A stretch of DNA of 64,000 nucleotides from Azolla caroliniana (GCA_043228905.1 JBHGNT010000010.1:16244001-16308000), one strand, 5' to 3'. Shown: positions 11,301 through 25,139, counted from the first letter of the stretch. Translations and numbers: made by a program. The notes: a model not told the origin generated them from the sequence alone.

Positions 11301-13317
11301 TTGAAGAAGAAGTCTTTATGACCCAACCCCCCGGTTTCCAGTCGGAGATGAACAAGTCAGTTGTATGCGGGCTGAAGATCACGCATCGGTTGCGTAAGAT
11401 GGGGTTTGCGGCCTCCAAGTCCGACTCTTCATTGTTCATCCAGCAAGGTTCGGACGGTCCGGTTTGCATCTTCCTGTATGTTGATGATCTAGTCATCACC
11501 GGACCCGGACTCAATGAAATCAGCCGAGTCAAGTCCCAACTGTCGAATGCATTTGAGATGAAGGACCTAAGGGACCTTCATTATTTCCTTGGGATCGATG
11601 TGATCCAAACCCCTGACGGCTATTGCTCTCACAAAGACACTATGTGTTAAATATGTTGTACAAGTTCGGCATGACGGAATGTCGACCAATCTCCACACCC
11701 TTGGACCGGCCTGCGATGAGAAGCGGTTCCGACAAATCGTCGGAAGCCTTATATATTTGACAATCACCCGACCCGACATCAGTTATCCGGTTGGCGTGAT
11801 CAGCCAATATATGCAGAAGCCGACCGTGGAGCACCTTCTGTGTGCACATTGAATTTTGCGATATGTGAGCGGCACGAAGAAACAGGGACTGTTATACCGG
11901 CATGGTATAACCGAAGAGCTAGTCGGCTACACCGATGCCGACTAGGCCAGCGATGCATCGAATCGCCGATCCACCTCCAGCTATTCCCTTGGTAGCGTAG
12001 ATGTTGCGTGGAGCAGCAAAAAACAACCAACAGAGGCTGAATACCGGGGCGCTACCATTGCCACCTGTGAAGCCATTTGGCTTCGGCGACTGTTGCAAGA
12101 CTTGCGGATCGAGGTGCCGACCTCGATCCTGATCTACTGCGACAACATAAGCAGCATGGAGCTCACCAAGAACCCCGTATTCCATGCTTGCACAAAGCAC
12201 ATAGAAGTGCACTACCACTTCATGTGTGAGCGTGACCAGTGACGTTGAACTTCGGTATGTTCATACGGATCGGACATCTTCACCAAACCGCTCGGATCGG
12301 ACAAGTTACAACACTTCACCAAAATTCTTGGTGTTCAGCATCTCGACGTGCCACACTTGAGGGGGAGAACGGGCAAAGACACCGGAACGGGCAAAGTCAA
12401 AGAAGCTACAAATTGCGCCGGTGAGCGAAGAACCGACAAAGAGAGAGACAAGAAGAAGAAAGGAGCCGAGTCGACAAAAGAAGTTGACACATTCGAACAA
12501 ATCGAAACAAGCAGCAACGACAACAGAGTCAAGAAGGACAGAGCCAACCGGAAGAAGAAGGCCAAGAAGAAGAAGAAGGTATCACGTTTTTGGGGAGAAC
12601 GAAGTGCTATCGGATTGGGGACCGAGCCCTCTCCTCCTAAACCGTTCCTCTCCACTACATTTCTGTGTCGGTTGCCTCTGCTGCGTGTAGGCCTGTGTGC
12701 TTCCAACAGAGGCTCCACCGTGCGTTCTCTGTGTTGTCCGTGTGTGTGCGTGGGACCTCCGTTTTGGGTCTGTTGCCGGTTTGCCGATTGTAATCGTCAT
12801 TGACATTGTAATAGAATCTTCTGTTCTCGTCTCTCTCTCTCTCTCTTTGTTTCTGTGAATCGTAGTCCCTCTTCTTTCTCGTGCTCCTTGGTTCAGGGCC
12901 CCCGCGGTCCCGCCTCATTTCAAATGTGAGAGCGTAACAACACGACACCGGAAGGATGAGCCAGATCGGTGAGCCGGTGAGTTGGGGATCCGGTTCGCCG
13001 GAGTCATTAGTAATCGGAAGCCTAGTAGCAGCCTAGACTACTAGGTAGTTAATGTCTTGTAGTTAGTGTCAGACGCTTGTGTGACCATTGAAGTACATTG
13101 TACTTCTGTCAGTCCTCTTAGAACTTGTATAAATAGTGTTGTTGAGCACGTTGTAGGTATAGAGAATTTTACAGAGTTGTTTATGATAGATTTAAGTTGT
13201 TCTGCTCTCTCTCTGTCTGTCTCTGTCTCTCCTGCATACCTTCTATGTGTTAATCTCTCTCTCTGTTGTTATCCGGCTAAGCTGGTTGTCTAACGCTTCT
13301 GCACCTACGTTTTTACA
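8335..13317 (+). mobile_element. degenerate Ty1/copia element lacking 5' LTR and gag start (gag-PR-INT-RT-RH, 3' LTR remnant)
   Basis: gag fragments (AWGNLKKVFA, CWYCGKKG), protease WYVDSGASNHM, integrase LIHSDVWGP / PEQNGVAERKN, RT MDVKNAFLQG / LYVDDL; many stops and frameshifts; about 12945-13317 is homologous to the LTR at 21278-21703 and ends TTTTACA. Confidence 0.9.
12580..12939. repeat. possible gypsy-type solo LTR inserted in the copia 3' region
   Basis: Begins TATCACG (TGTCACG-like), ends GCGTAACA, contains a CT microsatellite; no matching TSD found. Confidence 0.35.
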
Positions 13318-13420
13318 CGGCTAATCGGCGCATTCGTGTCCAATTCGGCTAATTCAATCGACTTAACCACTTCACACACAATCTACCAATAATCGAACAG
13401 ATTCTAACAAGCCGACACAG

Positions 13421-16400
13421 ATGGCATCAACATCCCGCTCATCAAAGATGAGTCTATGGAAGTTCGATAGATCGAACTTCAACTTCTTGAAGGAGCAGAT
13501 CCAAGACTATCAAATAGTCAAGGGTGAGATAGATCCAATCGAAAACAAAAACCCTCCAGAAGGAATCAAACCGAATGAGGGCACGAAACTTCATAAAATT
13601 GTTTGAGCCACCATTCAGATGCACTTGTTGGAGTCAGTGTACTTCACAATGCAATCATGTTCGACAACCTTTCGACTATGGAAAACATTGTCAGAAACTT
13701 ATGAGAAGAAGATCACTGCCATGAAGATATATCTGATTCGGCACCTTTACAACCTTCGGATGAAAGAATCCGACACGGTCCATGCACACTTGAACGATTA
13801 CGAAAGCTTAAGCTTCCAGATTTCAGCTCAAGGGACAACAATTGAGGACGAACTAAGAGAAATATTTCTCATGAGTAGTCTGCCTCCTTCGTGGGGAACA
13901 TTCGTCACAATTGTGTGCAATGCTTCCACTGTTGTTGTGAAGTACTCCGAAGTTACGAGTGCAATACTGACTAAAGCAACGTGGAGGAAATCGTTTGCAA
14001 AAGATTTGACAGATGAAGTTTATGTAGTACAAGGTTTGACCGATCGATCGAACAATCGAGGAAGAAGTTCTTCCCAACAACTGAACAATCAGCGAAGTCC
14101 GAGCAAGTCCCGGGACAACCGAATATGCAACTCTGCAAGAAACCGGGCACATCAAAGCCGATTGTCGTGCACTCAAAGCCAAGAATGATAAGGCTTAGCG
14201 AGCTAATCAAAAGAGTGGCTGGCATGAGGAGGTCAACTACGTTGGTTCTTCAGCCGAAGTATTGTCAAACGACCCGAATATATTATCCATTGAAAACCCA
14301 ATCGAATAAGAAGTTCTGCTTATGACTAAGGAATCGAGCACATGGCTCTTGGAGTCAGGTGCATCTTACCATGTGACCCCTCATAGATCCCAGTTTCGGC
14401 AATATTCGACCCGACATTCCGACTCAATCCGAGTCGGAAATTTGCAGCACTACGTTATTATCAAACCTCTTAGGTGTTTCTACATTAGTACTACACAATG
14501 TCTGACATGTACCTAAGCTCTTAAGACCATTGATCTCAGTTGGACAATTGGATGAAGATGGCATTCGTGTTGGCTTCTCATCAGGTGGGTGGACGCTCCA
14601 CAGGGGGAACCTCCTGCTTGCTCGAGGACCAAAAGTACATTCATTGTACCCGTTATACGTCACACTCAAAGAGGGTGACTTGTTCCTGGTTTATATTCTC
14701 GTGTCTTCACTATGGCATGGATGACTCAGACACCTCAACAAGGCCGACATAACACATTTATCTAGAGCTAGATACATCCCCAAATTCTCTTTCTCCGATC
14801 ATCAATTATGCGAACATTGCTAGTATGGAAACTAGATAGCCGCATCACACCCGACAACAATACTGTGAGAATTAAGTCCACTCGATTTGGTCAACTCAGA
14901 CGTCAGTGGGCCTATGCCACATCAGTCTCTCGGCAGTGCCTTGTACGTCGTCAGTTTTGATAATTCGACTCGAAAGGTGTGTGCCTATCCGATCAAAACC
15001 AAAGATCGGGTGGCTCCCAATGGTAGAAATCAGTCCAATCGAAAGCTAAAATGTCTTCAAACTAACAACGGAGGAGAGTTCAAGTTTGAAGAATTCGTCA
15101 CATTTTGCCGACAATGCGGCATTTAACGTGAATATACGACACCCTATAGTCCAGAGCATAATGGAATTGCTGAACGAATGAATCAGACAATTTAGGAATG
15201 CGTAGTGTCCATGCTCTAACACTTCGGACTATTAGATGGCTTCTAGGTAGAGGCCCTACTTATGGCAATACACATAATCAATATGTCACTGAGTTGGCCT
15301 CGAGGACATCAAGTACCTCAGGAATTATGGACCGGCAGGAAGCCGAATTTTGACATGCTGAGGATTTTCGGATGCGAGGCATACGCCCTCATACAGAAAG
15401 ACGACCGCCACAAATTAGAACCGAGGTCCAAGAAATGTATTTTCCTTGGCTATGGATCATACGGCGAGTTCGGATACCGACTCTGGGACCCCGAGCACAG
15501 ACAAATCGTTCGAAGTTCGAATGTAGTGTTCAATGAGTCGGCGATGCACAAGACGGCCGAAAGACATATTGAAGTCCAAAGGGTAACTTTTTCTAAAGTG
15601 CCAACCCTTCATGATGGCCCAACCCGAAACACGAGGTCAGCTTTACGGGTAGCCGAAACCTCTCGCACCAATTCGGCTCCGACCGATTCGGCACAGTGGA
15701 ATGATTTGGCTTTGGACCATTCAACTCCGACACCCGATGCGACAAGTCATCCCTCGAAGATCCGACACACTGTCGCAACCCCCGGAGAGGTACTCTCTGG
15801 GAATCTTCTTCACGGATGCTGGCGAACCGACGTCATACGAAGAAGCATCGGTATTAACCGATTCAACCACATGGCATTTGGCTATGGAGTCGAAAATGAA
15901 CTCCATTCGGGCAAACAAGACTTGGGACTTGGTCGAATTACCGAAGAATCGACGTGCTCTTCCATGGAAGTGGGTCTACATATTAAAAGAGATGTCCAAT
16001 TCGTCCACCCCAAAATTCCAGGCCAGACTAGTAGCAAAGGGTTTTCGACAAGAATATGGCATCGATTTCAACAAGATGACGACCCTTCATTTCATGCTCG
16101 ACATAGTGGCAACCGAAGATTTGGAGCTGATTCAGCTAGAGTTAAAAACGACATTCTTCCATGGTGACTTAGAGGAGGAAATTTATATGGAGCAACCGAA
16201 AGGCTTTGTGGCATCCAACCAGGAACATCTAGTCCGCCGACTCAGGAAGAGTCTATATGGCCTAAAGCAGGCACCGAGACAATTGTACAAGAAGTTTGAC
16301 AACTTCATCCAATCAGTCGGCCTCTCAAAGAGCAATGAGGACCACTGCCTCTTCACCAAAACAACTCAAGATGGGTCACCCATCTTCTTCATCATTTACG

Positions 16401-17925
16401 TGGACGACATGCTACTCTTCGGTCGGCATGCCGAAGAGCTTGCCGAACTAGTTTGGCAATTGTGGTTGAAGTCTGCCATGAAGGGTCTCGGTCTAGAAAG
16501 ACACATTCTCGAGATGAAGATAAATCGGAATCGGAATCAAAGATACTTGTTTCTATCTCAATTCGACTATATTGGACGTGTCTTAGAACGCTTCAACATG
16601 CAATCAGCCAAATATGCTTCAACCCTGCTCCCCATTAACCGTCGACTATCTCAGCGAGACTACCCGACATCTGGTTTGGAGGGGGAAGATATGAATTTGG
16701 TATCGTATGCACCGACAGTCAGCTCCTTGATGTACGTGATGGTCGCAAAACGGCCTGACATTGCTCATGCCATCAGAGTCATCAATAGATTCATGCACCA
16801 CCCCAGCCGATCGCATTGGAACGCAGTAAAGCATGTGTTCAAATATCTAGTGGACACAAAAGACTATGGCATCCTACTCGATCCGAATGACACTTCAGGC
16901 ATAGTCGGATACACCAACTCGGACTTTGCCGACTGTGTGGACAGTCGAAAATCGACAACCAGATATAGTTTCAAATTCAACAATGGAGCAATTTCGTGCA
17001 AATCGAAACTTCAAGAGTGCACTACCACATCAATGATCGAGGTTGAATATGTAGCCGCGTCCGACGTGGCGAAGGAGGCGTTATGGCTCAGTCGACTGGC
17101 ATGCACGTTTCGACAAGTTGAATCCGGCTCAGCTCCAGTTGTCTATAGCGATTGTCAAGGTTTTGTCGCTCTATCGAAAAACCCGGTTCAGTACAATGCC
17201 TCGAAGCAAATCGGCGTGAGATATCACTTTGTTCGGGATTGGGTCATTTCAAGAAAAATCGACCTCGAGAAGATACCTACAACCGATAATGTCGCAGATA
17301 GGATGACCAAGTGTCTTTCGGCGGGTTGATTCAGATCCCTTTAGCACTAGATGGGCGTAATGAAGAATTCGTCTGATTGAGTCGGACATTCATGATAGTT
17401 TCGAACAATCATCATCGACAATTAGAGGTTCAGTCTTAGTTTCTTCGACCCCGACCAATTTGGTATTTTGTTTTTTGGAGTTTACCAACTCGAACAGAAA
17501 TCTAATTTGTTCAACGACTTTATACAAAATTGTATTGTCCATTTGCTTTCTATATTACAGATTTTCATTATATACACCCATTACGGGGGAGTTTCGAATA
17601 CTAGTTTATAATGGCCGTATTCACATTATATCTTGGACAAACTAGATTTAGGACAATTCTGTAAATAGGTCAAAGGGTAGTTGCACTAGCCCAATTAGTA
17701 TATAAGGGGCTTTGTAACCTAGTTTATTGTTGATGTTCATCTTGGTTAATGCCGCCATTCATTTATAACTCTAAGCTTGAATAATACCGTTGCATCTTGT
17801 GTGCCTCTTTGTCTCTCTCTTAATCTCAGTTTCTGTTCTTTGATCTTGCCTCCATCTTGTACACTTGGTGATCTTCATGTCAAGGTGTTGTTGATGTTCC
17901 GCACTAACGGTCTCAATTCCCAACG
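13421..17925 (+). mobile_element. second degenerate Ty1/copia element (Tnt1/Tork-like RT), 5' LTR absent
   Basis: gag KFDRSNFNF..EQIQDY, protease WLLESGASYH, integrase SDVSGP / NNGGEF, RT-RH ORF 15701-17329 (YGLKQAPRQ, IYVDDML, YSDCQ, ADRMTK); PPT GGGGGAG at about 17585-17591, then LTR-like 17592-17925 with TATAA. Confidence 0.88.
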
Positions 17926-17929
17926 ATTT

Positions 17930-19430
17930 CTTCATCTTCTTTTATGATTGATGCAGACTGTAGCTCATTCTGCATCTTCCGGAATTCTTTCTTCATTACT
18001 CCGATCACAACCATGTACGTAGATGCCCCATCTAGACTGATTCACACTTGTATGGCTCTGAGAGTTTTCTTCCTACGTGGGGTATCGGGGCTCCTCAGAC
18101 TATCACTCCCCCACTCCGCAATAGTCCATTTTAAAAATCCCTTTTTGTGTGGGACAAAAGCTCTCTCTTGTTCCTTTCGTGATTTGATGGTACAATCAAG
18201 AATTGAACAATCTTTCCTCTCCTTTGGCTCCGAATTCGTGCAAAAGTTGCTCCACTGTTGAGCACCTTTGCTTCCATCTATGACGTCGTAATGAGGGGTT
18301 GCCCAAGGATCACGGAATGTGAAATCTCATCCTAAACGAAGAAATTTTGATCAATCTCCACATCTCCAATCTTAACTATCACATCCGGACAAGCCACAAA
18401 TAAATCTTCTATGGTTGCTTAGATCGTCCATTCATGACTTGTGTTTATAGACCAGTTCCCCATAAGGCAGAACTCCTTGGACATCAGATTGATCTCTGAT
18501 CCATGATCAATCAACACAACTACGAGTTCTCTAATGTTTCCAATCCGAACTGGAGTCTCCTTAGTTGCGCATGCCTAGTGTGGTTTTGTATAATGAGAGT
18601 TTGGAATATCATCCTCTGCTTCCGTGTCGTTTGTTAGGATGCCAGTCACGTTCACTGTCAGAGCATTTTACTCCTCTGTAACCTGCCTCTTTCTTTTCAC
18701 AAGATCCACAAGGAGATCGTGTAACTCCTTTGCTATTCCGAACAATTCCAAGAGGGAAAATTCCAGCCGACTATACAGGATTCTCGCCTCGAACACCTTC
18801 TTTAGGTCCGTCTGTTGTTCGATGTCCAAGGCAAGTTTGAATGTTGGAGTCATCTTCCCTTTTCCCTTTTCTTCGGAGTTCTAGCTCGCCGATGCTTTCA
18901 ATGCTATGGCCATATCATCTATGCGATGTCGCTTCTCATCTAAGTACACCTCATACAATTGACGTAAAGCGTGTACACTATTCTTATTTATGGGGCATTC
19001 CCATCCCATAGCTTCCCGGATGCCTTCCGCGGTGCTCCAGATTTCGTCAAAGTTGGTTTTCTCCGAGATTTCTAGCACTTCTGGACAGAAATATGCCTTC
19101 ACTCCAAATGTCTAACCAACACGTATTCCCACTGTTTCCGCATAATTGCTTTTTGCGGTTATCTCCTCCTCTAGGACCTTCTTCATGCCGCCCTTTTGGA
19201 AGTTTGGCCAGAGTGGCTTCTGAGAGTTCATCAAATGGATATGATTTCCTTCATAGTAGATGAGATCCCACCGTAGAGCTTCGTTGTGCTCATCGCAATC
19301 CTTTTGATCATGTTTAGTGCTATCACACCACACTACCGGTCCATATACTTGGGAGGGTCTTCCAATTTCTTCACCATGGCAATTTTGAGATTCTCCATCT
19401 CCTTTATCAACTGTTCCATAAATTATGTCC
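17930..19430 (-). mobile_element. highly degenerate Ty3/gypsy gag-protease remnant
   Basis: Minus-strand fragments: WCDSTKHDQKDC zinc knuckle (19112-19333), LIDHGSEINLMS aspartic-protease motif near 18480-18515, CPDVIVKIGDVEIDQNFF. Confidence 0.65.
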
Positions 19431-19446
19431 AGGTAGTTGTGGTTCG

Positions 19447-20106
19447 TGTGGCAAAGTCACTAGGACTAAGGTTAAGGGGAGTTGAAGAAACTTTTATAAG
19501 GCTTCTGCACAGATCTTAGGAAGATTAAGGATAAGAAGAATAAATGACTTGTGGGAGAGAGATGAGCACAAATAAGAATAGCGACAATGTATGATTGAAG
19601 AAGAGAAAATGTATGATAAGAACAAGCTTTATATTAACTCTAGATTTGAACCCATGACTCCAACTTCGAAACACAATACTCTTCGGAGATAAGCTAACTT
19701 GTTTGATTGATTATTTTATTTTCTAACTTTCTCTTGATTCATTTCTTCTTTTCCCTAATTAATCCCTTGATTCCTTGCCTCTCTTTCCTTCCCCCTCTTT
19801 ATATAGTTGTTCTCATGCAAATGATAATGTGTGGGTGCATAGCATGCATGGCATGCATGTGATGCATGATCTTCATTTGGCGCACATGCGTTACATGTAA
19901 TGCATGATGGCCATCATGCTCATCTAAGCTCCCATGTATGAAAAATAGCATACCATAAATGCAATAACAAAAATATAAAAAATAACTTATCTTAATGGTA
20001 TGTGTTTTTTACTTGGTATATAAGGTTATGGGTTCAAATCTTTCAAATATTACTTAATATAATATTCGAGTTTATTTTTATATCGTGAAGCAATTCCTTC
20101 ATGACA
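19447..20106 (-). repeat. LTR-like sequence (Tcn1-like style), unpaired
   Basis: TG...CA termini (minus-strand start TGTCATGAAGG, like other chromovirus LTRs here), minus-strand TATA near 19800, carries tRNA-like A/B boxes; no TSD found. Confidence 0.5.
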
Positions 20107-20555
20107 CCCACCCCCTCTGAACTTGCACATTGGTTGTGTAAAGTTCATCCAAAATCTTGGAAACACTCTTCATTCCCTTTCTGATATGGATGTTCCCTCC
20201 AACATTCTTTGTTTCTTTCATGGTCGGGCCTCACGGTTAAGAATTAGACCGTCTTCCTTCCATCCTGACTCTTGATCCTCGCAAAACTCAAACCATCATC
20301 AATCACCTTTGTTTCCATCCTTACTGCGGTGATGTATGGTTGACCAAGGATGACGGGGTAGGTTGATCAATCCTACACAAAGAAATTTTGATCCACCGAC
20401 ACATCTCCAATTGTTACTTTCACACTAGGACATGCACCAAATAGATCCTACGTCGTCTCTGTCACAGCTCTTATCTTCCACCCATGACTCTTGTCGATCG
20501 ACCACCTTCCTTTATTGTGAAATTCCGACAACGTCATGTTAATTTCTAATCCACG
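20107..20555 (-). mobile_element. second gypsy protease remnant
   Basis: Minus strand reads EINMTLSEF...GWKIRA...ACPSVKVTIGDVSVDQNFFV...VILGQPYITAV, paralogous to 18290-18520. Confidence 0.65.
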
Positions 20556-21703
20556 AGAACTCTCTTCCTCCGTGTACAACATCTTGTTGTCGGTGTGCGT
20601 GCTCGTCGACGCACCCACGTGGTTCTCCTCTACAAGGAGCATCGATTGTAAGTCGAAACAGGAGGGCGTATTCTCCCTTGTACCTACCGCATTGTGGAAT
20701 GCTTCGAACTTTGATGCTAGGCCCCTGAGATAGACTTGTACCATCTCATCCTCCTCAATGGTTACGTTGATGGAGGCAAGTGAATCACAAATGTCTTTGA
20801 TCCAGACCATGTAGTCGACCACCGACATGTCCTTCTGTCGAACATTGCTCAACTCTTGTTGGAGTTGCAGCTTCCAGGCCATGATGCTTGTGGCGAATAC
20901 CTTTTTCAGGTTTCCCCAAGCTTCCTTTGAATTAGCGTCCCGGATATGGCTAAGCAGTTGATCACCGACACTAGATGTGAAACAATACATTACCCTACTT
21001 GCAGCTTATTCCCAAGGCGAGAAGTCCATGTGTGCCGCATCAGGTGCCGTATCATTAGCTTCATCGCCATAACTCCAGTAGCCATGCCCGAGCAGGTATT
21101 GGTGCATCTTGTATGACCAGGATGCATAGTTGGATCTGTCGAGCTTCCCCATCGGGAGCGAGCGAGCCATTCCTTGGTCCATTCTCTCCATCCTATTCTT
21201 TACCAGGTGTTAGGGTTTTTCTGTGAGTGTCACTCATCGGCAACCGAGGATTCTCAACCCTCTCGCTCTGATACCATGAAAAAGATAATATGCGGAAGCT
21301 AAGACAAAACCGGCTTGTCCAGATAACAATATAACACTAATTAGAGGTTTAATGGAAAGCTTGAATACACAGAAGAGACAGAGAGAGCAGAACAGTAAAC
21401 TAAATTAAAAAATATAACACTATGTACATACAAATGTCCTAGAAAACACTTTTTATACAAGTCCTTAAAAGGACTAACAGAAGTACTGACATGTATTTCA
21501 ATGCTCATACGAGCGACTGACACTAACTCCAAGAAATATGCCTACTTACTAGGCTCGAACCGTAGGCTCCAACGGCCTACTGATTCTCAATATTCCGGAG
21601 TACAATCCAGTTCTCCGGTCTGGCTTTAGATTCCGGATACCGATATATCCAGACACCTATTCGGTTCTCCGATCCGGATCCGGTTGAGCTTGCTTGCTCA
21701 ACA
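20556..21703 (-). mobile_element. 5' part of a copia element: 5' LTR (21278-21703), tRNA-iMet PBS, gag N-terminus
   Basis: Minus-strand TGTTGAGCAAGCAAGCTCAAC...TTTTTCA followed by TGGTATCAGAGC; gag MERMDQG..KLDRSNYASW..; same family as 8335-13317. Confidence 0.9.
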
Positions 21704-21759
21704 ATATTTAATTGCTCAAATCTTTCAGAAAACTCTTTTAACACTTCTAAAATACTTAA

Positions 21760-23500
21760 ATGTTTGTCAGACTACCCAATGCATGAAAGCTCGCCTGGTC
21801 ATCCTTGACATATCATTGAGGTTGTATTCATCGAGTAATGCTCTTTCGAAAGCTACCCATGTCTGATGCCCCCTCTTTAGCTCCCTAATCCTTTCTTGTT
21901 GCCCAATGGCAGCAACTCAGCTAAAGCTATTAATTTTTGCAACCTCGTTTAAGCATCTTCTCATTGTAAATCTTCAAAAACGTTGTTAAATTCATACCTT
22001 CAAATATTCCTACTCATGCAAGAATATTTATTGTCAACGGCTTTGTCAATGCTTGCTATCATTCCTTGCTCCCGCATCATTCGTTCCATCATCGTACACA
22101 TCAACCTCATTGCACATACCTTTCAAAAGATTGAATCTTCGAGCCACCATATGATCCTCTAAATTTAGTAAAGAAGCACCCCTAACCATTTTGGGGTAGA
22201 AATATTGTTCCATGATACCCAACTCATACCAAGGTTTGTTTCTTTCTTCCATAGTGTATATTTCAGTGAACGAGCTAAATGATCAACTCATTTCTTTGTC
22301 CACAAAAACAATGGCTAAAAATAACAAATCATTGGAATCATTATAGCTTGTACTACTTTGAGACAAGTACTAAACGGTCATGCTTCAGACTTGTCCAAAT
22401 TTATGGTTCCCGATATCCAATTCAAACTTTGCGATGATGAGATATCAACATCAATAGGGTAACCTAAGTGTAGACACACATTCCTTTGATCTAATATTTG
22501 GCCACCCCATCCAAGATCAACCAAATCACTCTCAGTACATCTAATGAGCATCGACTTCCACATATTTATATGTAATCCTGAAGCCAATGAAAACATAATC
22601 CACACCTCCATGGCTTTAGCGATATTATGAGGTGCTACTTTGAGAAATAAAAATGAATCATCAGCCAATGCTTGGGCGATCAATTGTTTCCCTGATGGTA
22701 GAGTTAATCCAACTATTTCCCCACATGTTGCCAACTCATGCATCTTCACCAAAATTGGGTGTGCATTGTGTAGCAATTGCAATAATAATGGACTCAATGG
22801 GCATCCTTGTCTAAGTGATCTTTTCAATGGTATTGCCTGAGTAATTGGACCACCATTTAACATAATGTGTGACACTGCACCTAATCCCACCAACAATGAT
22901 ATTTGAGACATCCTGTCCCCAAAACCCATATGAGACATATGTTGAGTAATAAAAGACTAACTTACATGATCATATGCCTTCTCGATGTCGAGTTGTATCA
23001 TTACAATTTGTTGTTTGGATTCCTTTGCATAATCCATTGCCATTTGCACATTCAAAATATTATGCAGGATGTCCCTTCCCTTAGTAAACCCATATTGCAT
23101 TGGATGGACCACATATGACAATACCTTTTGAAGTCTATTTGCAATTACTTTGGCAAAAATCTTATACATCCCACCCATTAATGATATCAATCTCCATTGA
23201 GAAAAAGACTTAGGAGATGTAACTTTTGGTATAAGTTTAATAAGACCAACTTTCCATGAATCGGGCATTTTACCAAAATTCTATACTTCTTGGAATATCA
23301 TTGTTAGAGGCGCTTTTAGTTCTAGTACAAAGGATTTAAAAAACTCATTCGTAATGTCATCCCAACCCGGACTTTTATCAACTACAAGATATGACAATAC
23401 ATATTCCACCTCCTCCTTTATATCCTCCTCCAATGCAATCATGATATGTTGCCCATCACTCACCTTGACTGAGTTAAATAACATTGATCGTGCTTGTATT
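21760..23500 (-). mobile_element. degenerate L1-type LINE reverse transcriptase fragment
   Basis: KSPGWDDI, WKVGLIKLIPK, WRLISLM, QYGF, QLDIEKAYD, LRQGCPLSPLL, ALADDS in broken minus-strand ORFs. Confidence 0.88.
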
Positions 23501-24514
23501 ATGTCATCATTTAGAATATAGTCTTGCGCAAAAAGATTCGCTCACGCCTTTATCTTCTTATTGGTTTCTCTTCCGCCTTCTTCTTCTATCTTCTTGTCTC
23601 CTCTTTTGTCTCCTTCTTAGTTTCTATCTTCTTTTTGTGTTCATCTTCTTCTATCTTCCTATTTTTCTCTTCTATCTACCTCTTCTATCTTCATTTTCTT
23701 CTTCTTTACATCATTTGTCTCGGCCACTCTATTTTTTGGTTTCTATTCGTGTTGATCCTACTTCCAGCTCCCCGTCTTGTGTCTCATGCAGGTTCTTCCT
23801 CCTGTTTCCGTTTGTCTGCTTTCTATTTGTTTGATGTTGTTCTTTCTTCTTTTACGTGTGTGTCGTCTCGATGGTCTGGCAACGACGAAATGGCGTGCCA
23901 TTTGCCATTTGTCGTCTGTCTTCCCGTCTGTCACGGACACACCAAGTGCGGACTATGACAGAGCATGGATGACGAGGCTACGAGCGACGAGCTACGAACT
24001 TGGAGCTAGAAGTGACGAGGTTAGGAACTCTGGAAGTTATGAGCGACATGAGAGCATGAAGAAAGAGATGAAGGAGACAAGTTGGGGCGAAACGAGAATA
24101 CTAGATTGATGTGTCAATGACTGGCGTTGAATCCCCTTGAAAGGGACCAAGGAGGTTACAAGTATTTATACAAATTCTGAGATTGAATAAGTCTAGAATA
24201 TACTCGAGAAATATCTCTAGAACATACCCGACAAATATCTCTAGAAATATACCTGTCTAGAATACACCATAGAATATTTCTAGAATATTCTGGAATGTAT
24301 TGTATGCTAGAATATATAATACTAAACTAATATATATAATTACATGCTCATATCCAAATGGTTTAGCATGATGTTTTGTTGCAGTGAGGTTGTAGGTTCA
24401 ATCCTCGCCAACTATGTATTTTGTCACGATTGTGTCGTGACATTATCCTCCCCTTTATGGTCGCCTTTTCATGGTGTACGGGTGAGCGGGAAGGGGTGCA
24501 CCAGCGGACGGTGT

Positions 24515-24714
24515 GACCATGTGCGGCCCTCACCGAGAACTGGAACACGAACGGGAGTGAGCGACCATGCGGCCCTCACCGGGAACTAGAACACGAACGG
24601 GAGTGAACGGCCATGTGGCCCTCATCGGGAACTGAAACATGAACGGGAGTGAGCGGTCATGCGGCCCTCACCGGGAACTGGAACACGAACGAGAATGAGC
24701 AACCATGCGGCCCT
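24515..24714 (+). repeat. 46-bp tandem repeat (continues at 30480-30545 after the nested insertion)
   Basis: Unit GACCATGCGGCCCTCACCGGGAACTGGAACACGAACGGGAGTGAGC, about 6 copies in total, split at GCCCT by element 24715-30479. Confidence 0.9.
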
Positions 24715-25139
24715 TGTCAGAACCAAGGATAAAAGATAGAGTGATGGAAGAAGGATATTAGAGAACACAAGAAAGGAACGAAATACTAAGAGAAGAACGG
24801 ATGTATAAGATAGAGAAAGAAAGAGAATGGATACAAGATATGTAATGAGAGCTAAAGACTGGTGTTGATTCGAATTGATTTGAGAATACATGTATGCCCT
24901 TATTTATAGGTTCCTATAGAACAGCTTAGAGATTTCTAGAATGTTCTAGAATGTTCTAGACCTAGAATGCTCTAGGACATTCTAGAACATTCTAGAATAA
25001 TCTAGAGGTTTTACAATAATCAATGTAATACAAGAAGTAGCTTTTATTGTTTCATATAACAATAAGCTATCTTAATGGTTGAGGTTTTAAAGTATGGATT
25101 ACAAGGTTTGAGGTTCAAGTCCGGGTGACGCCATAATGG

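Noticed and set aside
13318-13420. LTR ending at 13317 as the 5' LTR of the second copia
   Set aside because: No PBS follows it, it matches the other copia family, and it does not resemble the 17592-17925 LTR.
23484-23958. Hydrophobic Leu/Phe ORFs resembling a membrane or env protein
   Set aside because: CTT-rich low-complexity tract gives hydrophobic translations in several frames.
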